Shown here: positions 6,802 to 11,291 of the stretch, one piece after another | Numbering within the stretch: position 1 is the stretch's first letter | How the letters are laid out: every line of letters begins with the position of its first letter | Assembly (NCBI GenBank): GCA_038886995.1 | Contig: JAWALG010000030.1 | Coordinates: forward strand, 1 to 11,291 | Source of the DNA: Candidatus Iainarchaeum sp. | Lineage (GTDB): Archaea > Iainarchaeota > Iainarchaeia > Iainarchaeales > DTGL01 | Reading direction: 5' to 3' | Length of the DNA: 11,291 nucleotides | The notes under the pieces: model-generated | What the model saw: the letters and a program-made list of their open reading frames with translations, nothing else | The model's database searches: none | What the model was told of the DNA's origin: nothing | Made by a program: the position numbers and the translations under genes

Positions 6802-7776
6802 TTATGTTGTATAGGGCTGCCTTTTGAGCATTTCTTCTACTCTTTCAATGACTTTCTCCTTGCTCAACCCATACTTTTCGTAAAGGTCTTTTGGCGAGCC
6901 GCTTTCTGCAAAGCCGTTAAGACCTATTCTTTCGAAAGGAATGCAAATTTTTTCCTCAGCAAGCACCTCAGCAACAGCGCTTCCAAGGCCGCCTGTGATT
7001 TGATGATCTTCTGCAGTTATTATTGCATTTGTTTCCTTTGCTGCTTTGACTATGGCTTTTCTGTCAATTGGCTTTATTGTGTGCATGTTTATAACTCTAA
7101 GGCCGAAACCTTCTTTTGCAAGCTCTCTTGAGGCTTCTATTGCAATAGGCACAAGGGCACCGCAAGCAATTATTGTTGCGTCGTTGCCTTCGCAAAGCAA
7201 AGATGCTTTTCCAAACTCAAACTCGTAGCTTTGCTCTTCAAAAATCACTGGAGTGGCTTCGCGGTTTGTGCGTAAGTAACAAGGCTCTTTAAAATCTGCT
7301 AAGAAAAGGGTTGCATGCTCTGCTTCAATTGAGTCAGCGGGCACTATTATGTTCATTCTTGGCAAAATGCGCATTATTGCAATGTCTTCTGTTGCTTGCG
7401 CAGTTGGCCCATCTTTTCCAGTGAGGATGCCAGCATGCGAACCAACTATTTTCACTGGAACATTGTTGTAGCAGACACTTTGCCTTATCACTTCCCAAGC
7501 TCTACCTGTTAAAAAAATTGCGAAGCTAGAAACAAAAACGCTTTTGCCTGAAAGAGAAAGGCCTGCGGCAAGGCCAACAGCATTCTGCTCACAGATGCCA
7601 GAATAAAAAAATCTATCCGGAGCATGCTTTCTAAACATTATGCTGCGTGTGCTTTCAGCAAGGTCTGCGTCAATAACAACAATATCTTTTCTGCTTTGGG
7701 AAAGTTTTTCCAATGCTTTACCATAACCATTGCGGGTTGGTTCAACTTTATCAAATACATCTCTTAGTTTTTCCAT
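6802..7776 (-). CDS. tktB: Transketolase, C-terminal subunit (pyrimidine-binding and C-terminal domains)
   Basis: Motifs DADLAEST, GICEQNAVGLAAGL, SHAGILTGKDGPTAQATED, YLRTNR, TIKPID, EDHQITGGLGSAVAE; adjacent to the N-terminal subunit gene. Confidence 0.95.
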   Translation of the reverse strand: MEKLRDVFDKVEPTRNGYGKALEKLSQSRKDIVVIDADLAESTRSIMFRKHAPDRFFYSGICEQNAVGLAAGLSLSGKSVFVSSFAIFLTGRAWEVIRQSVCYNNVPVKIVGSHAGILTGKDGPTAQATEDIAIMRILPRMNIIVPADSIEAEHATLFLADFKEPCYLRTNREATPVIFEEQSYEFEFGKASLLCEGNDATIIACGALVPIAIEASRELAKEGFGLRVINMHTIKPIDRKAIVKAAKETNAIITAEDHQITGGLGSAVAEVLAEEKICIPFERIGLNGFAESGSPKDLYEKYGLSKEKVIERVEEMLKRQPYTT

Positions 7777-7781
7777 TTATT

Positions 7782-8612
7782 TCATTCTCCTAACTCTTTA
7801 AGAGCTGCTTCAAGCTGCTCTTTGTTGAGTGCTTTTCCGTGCCACTCGGGTTTATTCTCAATGAAGGAAACTCCTTTACCTTTTACTGTGTGTGCAATAA
7901 TTGCAAAAGGCCTATCACTCTTGTCGGCCTCATCCAATGCATTAATTATTTCTCCAATATTGTGGCCATCTATTTCCTTGACATTCCAATTAAATGCCTT
8001 GAATTTCTCAGCTAATGGCGCAATGTCAAGGATATCTTTTATGTAGCCATCGTTTTGGCATTTGTTATGGTCAACTATCGCAACCAAATTGTTAAGCTTG
8101 TGGTGTCCCGCAAACATTGCAGCTTCCCAGACAAGGCCTTCTTGGACTTCACCATCGCCAAGAAGTGCATACACTTTATACTTTGCTTTATCAATCTTTC
8201 CACTAAGCGCAATGCCACACGCAACGCTAAAGCCCTGGCCTAAGGTGCCGCTTATAGTTTCTATGCCAGGAGTTTTCCTGTCAGGATGGCCTTGGAGTAC
8301 TGAACCCACCTGCCTTAAACGCATGAGTTCTTTTTCAGGGATTACACCAAGCAGGTGTAGAGCAGCATACTGCGCAGGGCAGGCATGTCCTTTGCTCATC
8401 ACAAAGCGATCCCTTTCGGGCCACGAGAGATTCTTAGGATCAAATCGCATCTTGTGAAAGTACAAAACAGCAACAATGTCAGCGCAGCTTAAAGAGCCGC
8501 CAGGATGGCCCGACTCTGCTTGCGTGATCATCTTAAGCGAAAGGACGCGTATCTTTCTTGAAATCGCTTCAAGCTCTTTTATCTTCTTCCCGCTGGCTTT
8601 TAGGTTGTTCAT
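7782..8612 (-). CDS. tktA: Transketolase, N-terminal (ThDP-binding) subunit
   Basis: Motifs SGHPGGSLS, RDRFVMSKGHA, LQGHP, GTLGQG, ThDP motif GDGEVQEG...DHN, HTVKGKG, WHG. Confidence 0.96.
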   Translation of the reverse strand: MNNLKASGKKIKELEAISRKIRVLSLKMITQAESGHPGGSLSCADIVAVLYFHKMRFDPKNLSWPERDRFVMSKGHACPAQYAALHLLGVIPEKELMRLRQVGSVLQGHPDRKTPGIETISGTLGQGFSVACGIALSGKIDKAKYKVYALLGDGEVQEGLVWEAAMFAGHHKLNNLVAIVDHNKCQNDGYIKDILDIAPLAEKFKAFNWNVKEIDGHNIGEIINALDEADKSDRPFAIIAHTVKGKGVSFIENKPEWHGKALNKEQLEAALKELGE

Positions 8613-8635
8613 TTAACTACCACGGGCAAGTAAAG

Positions 8636-9286
8636 CTATATTTTCAGGCCACTTTTTTGCGCATCTTCTGCAAATAGCTTTATTCCTTTTTCTGTGAGTG
8701 CATGCTCAATCATTTTCTGCAAAACAGCAAAAGGTACAGTTGCAATGTCTGCGCCGAGTATGGCTGCTTGAGTAACATGCATTGGGTGCCTTACGCTTGC
8801 AACTATTACCTCTGATTTTAGGCCATAATTTTTGAATATCTCCACAGTGTCAGCAACAACATGCATTCCTTCTTTGCCTATGTCATCTAAGCGACCAACA
8901 AAAACGCTTACATAGTTTGCACCTGCCTTTGCTGCCAATAAGGCCTGATTTGGGCTAAATACTAGTGTGCAATTAGTTTTAATCCCGTGTTCACGCAATT
9001 GCTTTATTGCTTTTAGGCCTTCTGTGCATATTGGAATTTTAACATTTATGTTCTTGTCAATTTCGCTAAGCTTTAATGCTTCCTTAACCATTCCTTTTGA
9101 GTCCTGAGCCAAAACCTCAGCGCTCACAGGGCCTTTTACAATGTCGCAGATTTGCTCAAGCGTTGTTTCGTAATCTGCGCCTGCCTTATGCATTAAAGTT
9201 GGGTTTGTGGTTACACCGCTTATAACGCCAAGAGAAACAGCTTCTTTTATTTCATTTACATCTGCGCTATCAAGAAAAAGCTTCAT
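8636..9286 (-). CDS. tal: Transaldolase (short TalC/FSA-like family, 216 aa)
   Basis: MKLFLDSA, GVTTNPT, Schiff-base VKIP (K83), NCTLVFS, FVGRLDD, ASVRHP. E57 and F129 match the transaldolase-type Glu/Phe pair rather than the FSA Gln/Tyr pair. Start at ATG 9286 with SD AAGGGGG at 9300-9294. Confidence 0.94.
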   Translation of the reverse strand: MKLFLDSADVNEIKEAVSLGVISGVTTNPTLMHKAGADYETTLEQICDIVKGPVSAEVLAQDSKGMVKEALKLSEIDKNINVKIPICTEGLKAIKQLREHGIKTNCTLVFSPNQALLAAKAGANYVSVFVGRLDDIGKEGMHVVADTVEIFKNYGLKSEVIVASVRHPMHVTQAAILGADIATVPFAVLQKMIEHALTEKGIKLFAEDAQKSGLKI

Positions 9287-9293
9287 AATCAGG

Positions 9294-9331
9294 CCCCCTT
9301 GAATATTAGTTCCCTGCAAGTGTTTAAAAAA
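9294..9331 (-). promoter_or_regulatory. Putative promoter and SD for the tal-tkt operon
   Basis: Minus-strand TTTTTTAAA at 9331-9323, about 25 nt upstream of the SD AAGGGGG. Confidence 0.45.
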
Positions 9332-9358
9332 GATTTGGTTATGCCTTGAACCACAGTT

Positions 9359-9814
9359 TCACTTAATTTTAGATACAATAAAAGATGCCGAATAGTCCGA
9401 ATCCCCCACTTCTTTTCCAGCTTCAGGATATGGCTTAACTTCAAGAAGCTTTATTTCAAGGCCTTCGAAGGCCTTTTTTGAAGAATTTTCATTGCCTGGC
9501 TCGAGTGAAAGCTCAAACAGATCCTTCATGTTGCCTTTTGATATTTCTATAAAAATAGAAACCTTTCCAGCCCAAACGCATTGCACGCCTTTTGGGCATC
9601 TCGAGTCGGAAGTTACCTTAACAAATTTCAGGAGAATTCCTTTTTCTTCGATAAAGGCCTCTTCGCCTGCCTTAAGTTCGAAAGGCACGCCCAAAGGCAC
9701 TTTTCTATGGGCTTTATTAGTTAGCATAAAAAGGCCAAAAAGCAAAATAGCCAAGAACAATGCTACTGAGAGATAAATTAATAATTGCTTTTTGCTGAAT
9801 TTTCCTTTTTTCAT
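9359..9814 (-). CDS. Membrane-anchored/exported hypothetical protein with DSRCP...CVWAG motif (151 aa)
   Basis: Likely start ATG 9814 (MKKGKFSKKQLLIYLSVALFLAILLFGLFML, a basic then hydrophobic anchor). The motif SDSRCPKGVQCVWAG and the C-terminal LEVKPYP resemble a widespread uncharacterised small beta-rich family (from recall). The longer 9877 start would overlap the divergent gene. Confidence 0.8.
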   Translation of the reverse strand: MKKGKFSKKQLLIYLSVALFLAILLFGLFMLTNKAHRKVPLGVPFELKAGEEAFIEEKGILLKFVKVTSDSRCPKGVQCVWAGKVSIFIEISKGNMKDLFELSLEPGNENSSKKAFEGLEIKLLEVKPYPEAGKEVGDSDYSASFIVSKIK

Positions 9815-9864
9815 ATAGAAATATTTTACCAAAAAATTAAAATAAGGCAACGCATAATTTATGT
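9815..9864. promoter_or_regulatory. Compact divergent promoter region
   Basis: 50-bp gap between divergent ATGs. AAAAAATTAAAATAA at 9831-9845 contains a TATA-like core centred about 25 nt from each start codon. Confidence 0.5.
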
Positions 9865-10974
9865 ATGCCTTCTCCAAAAAGGCCTAAGATGCATCGTGTT
9901 GAAAAAGGAAAAAAAGCGCTTAGGGTAAGCCCTGCCTTTTCTGTTAGGGCGCAAAGGGTAAAGAAAAGGACAACCGCCTCAAGAAAAGCAATGGAGTTGG
10001 GGCCGCAATCAGCTGCTGTGATTGAAGCAATTGAGCTAAGAAAAAAACTTTCCTCAATGAAGCCAGCAGAAAGGATTGGCTTTCTTAAAGCATGGCTTAG
10101 GGATGCATCAAACAGGCGCCTCTATGAACAAAGGCGCAGAAGCAGGAGAATAATTTCTGAAGCAATAAGGAATGGTTCTATTATAAGCAAAAGTTTTAAG
10201 GGGTCAATCGTTCTATACAATGCTTCATACAAAAGGTTTGCCTCGCCAGTTGCAATGCGCCTTGGCAGAAAGCTTGAGCCAATTGTGGTAAAAGGCCAAA
10301 TAACGCGCGATGGCACAATTGCGAGAAATACTGTCTATAAAGCGGTTGTAAAAGGCCTTTCTATGGCAAGGAAAACATACATTGATGTGCCAGATAGGGC
10401 ACAATCACTTCTTAATGAAGCATCTGCATTAATAGAGGCCTCAAAAAGGCATGTGCCAGTGGTTGAATTTGTAAGGGGTGTTATTTCGAGGAAAAGAAAC
10501 CTTGCAGTTCTTTACACTGTTATGCCAAAAGGATATGAAACCTTAGCGCATACTGGCTTGGGTCGTGAAGCCCTTTCTTATTGTTTTCTTGAAGCTTTAG
10601 GGCGTGCCGTTGGACAAATGCACAATGCAGGAATAATACACTACGACCTTGATCCTGAAAATATACTTTGGAACCGCAATCCATATGCGCCAAAATTCAT
10701 TTTTTTGGATTTTGAGCTTGCCGCTGTTCTTAACAGAAGAGCCAAACCACATGAGGCATCATATGACGTGGGGTTGCTTATGGAATCTTTACAGTCCCCA
10801 AGGTTTGGAGTAAAACCTTATAGTGAAGCGGAGCTCAGGGATTTTATACGGGGCTATTCAGCAGAAACTGGATATTCTGAAGATGTGCTGCTTGGTCGCG
10901 AAGATGTTTTTGCGGAGCAAGAGGAGAGAAACGCTTTGAGGGACGATATGTTAAGGCGCTTAGGTCTTGGATGA
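9865..10974 (+). CDS. Atypical protein-kinase-like protein (Bud32/RIO/Kdo-WaaP-like) with basic N-terminal extension
   Basis: Catalytic loop LGRAVGQMHNAGIIHYDLDPENILW, metal-binding FLDFELA, candidate ATP-binding Lys in AVVK, alphaC Glu in LLNEA, and YDVGLLMESL helix. Confidence 0.85.
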   Translation: MPSPKRPKMHRVEKGKKALRVSPAFSVRAQRVKKRTTASRKAMELGPQSAAVIEAIELRKKLSSMKPAERIGFLKAWLRDASNRRLYEQRRRSRRIISEAIRNGSIISKSFKGSIVLYNASYKRFASPVAMRLGRKLEPIVVKGQITRDGTIARNTVYKAVVKGLSMARKTYIDVPDRAQSLLNEASALIEASKRHVPVVEFVRGVISRKRNLAVLYTVMPKGYETLAHTGLGREALSYCFLEALGRAVGQMHNAGIIHYDLDPENILWNRNPYAPKFIFLDFELAAVLNRRAKPHEASYDVGLLMESLQSPRFGVKPYSEAELRDFIRGYSAETGYSEDVLLGREDVFAEQEERNALRDDMLRRLGLG

Positions 10975-10980
10975 GTGTTT

Positions 10981-11044
10981 CATTTAAAAAACATTAAAAA
11001 TATATATATGCTTTTCATATATTTATAACCAAAAAGGTGTTTTT
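10981..11044 (+). promoter_or_regulatory. AT-rich promoter region and SD of the downstream secreted-protein gene
   Basis: AAAAATATATATA at 10996-11008, TTTATAA at 11022-11028, inverted repeat ATATATG-N5-CATATAT at 11004-11022, SD AGGTG at 11035-11039. Confidence 0.5.
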
Positions 11045-11291
11045 ATGGCTTATAAGCCGGGCAAACTAATTCATGAGCTTGGCATATTGATTTTATCTTT
11101 ATTTATGTTGTCAGTTTTGTCCCTTCCGCTTACAATTGCTGCTTCCAGGCCAACCGTGCAGATAACCTCTGGAAATCTTACAAGAAATCAGAGCAATATA
11201 ATAACAGCAACAGTAACCGATCCAGATAGCGATGCAGTAATGACCTCCGTTTACATTTATGTAAAATCACCAAGCACAGAGAGCACATACA
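11045..11291 (+). CDS. Secreted Ig-like domain protein (3'-truncated by window, >=82 aa)
   Basis: Manually translated: MAYKPGKLIHELGILILSLFMLSVLSLPLTIAASRPTVQITSGNLTRNQSNIITATVTDPDSDAVMTSVYIYVKSPSTESTY. It has a signal peptide, a PTV...ITATVTDPD Ig-like start, N-glycosylation sequons NLT and NQS, and an SD 5 nt upstream. Confidence 0.8.
   Translation, partial: MAYKPGKLIHELGILILSLFMLSVLSLPLTIAASRPTVQITSGNLTRNQSNIITATVTDPDSDAVMTSVYIYVKSPSTESTY

Noticed and set aside
5402..8457. Plus-strand ORFs opposite rpe, the TA-like pair and transketolase
   Set aside because: Antisense to conserved genes, with no independent coding signal.
6802..8612. Split transketolase as a frameshifted pseudogene, or as DXP synthase
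   Set aside because: Two-subunit transketolases are normal in archaea. Both ORFs are intact with their own starts, and the motifs and context fit transketolase.
8636..9286. Calling this gene fructose-6-phosphate aldolase (fsa)
   Set aside because: It has Glu57, Phe129 and Arg132, typical of transaldolase, and is adjacent to transketolase.
9287..9319. ORF-track start of tal at 9319
   Set aside because: The extension contains the SD, and the family N-terminus is MKLFLDSA at 9286.
9492..10316. ORFs 9492-9776 (+) and 10122-10316 (-)
   Set aside because: Antisense to better-supported genes.

Overview
Gene-dense archaeal-looking region, with TATA-like boxes, GGTGA/AGGGGG Shine-Dalgarno (SD) motifs and a split transketolase. 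It is most consistent with a DPANN archaeon, possibly Iainarchaeota/Diapherotrites-like (inference only). The minus strand, in transcription order, carries: a small membrane-anchored DSRCP/CxWAG-motif protein; a non-oxidative pentose phosphate cluster (transaldolase, transketolase N and C subunits, ribulose-5-P epimerase) interrupted by a winged-helix + RelE-like pair with its own TGTTA-rich promoter; and three exported Ig-fold surface proteins. The last of these is missing from the ORF track because it runs off the window; it is an adhesin-like protein with YDG/MBG-type modules and a nucleotide-identical 222-bp-period tandem repeat. The plus strand carries an atypical Bud32/Kdo-like kinase with a long, very basic N-terminal extension, followed by the 5' part of another secreted Ig-like protein. 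No tRNA, rRNA, CRISPR array or transposase was seen.
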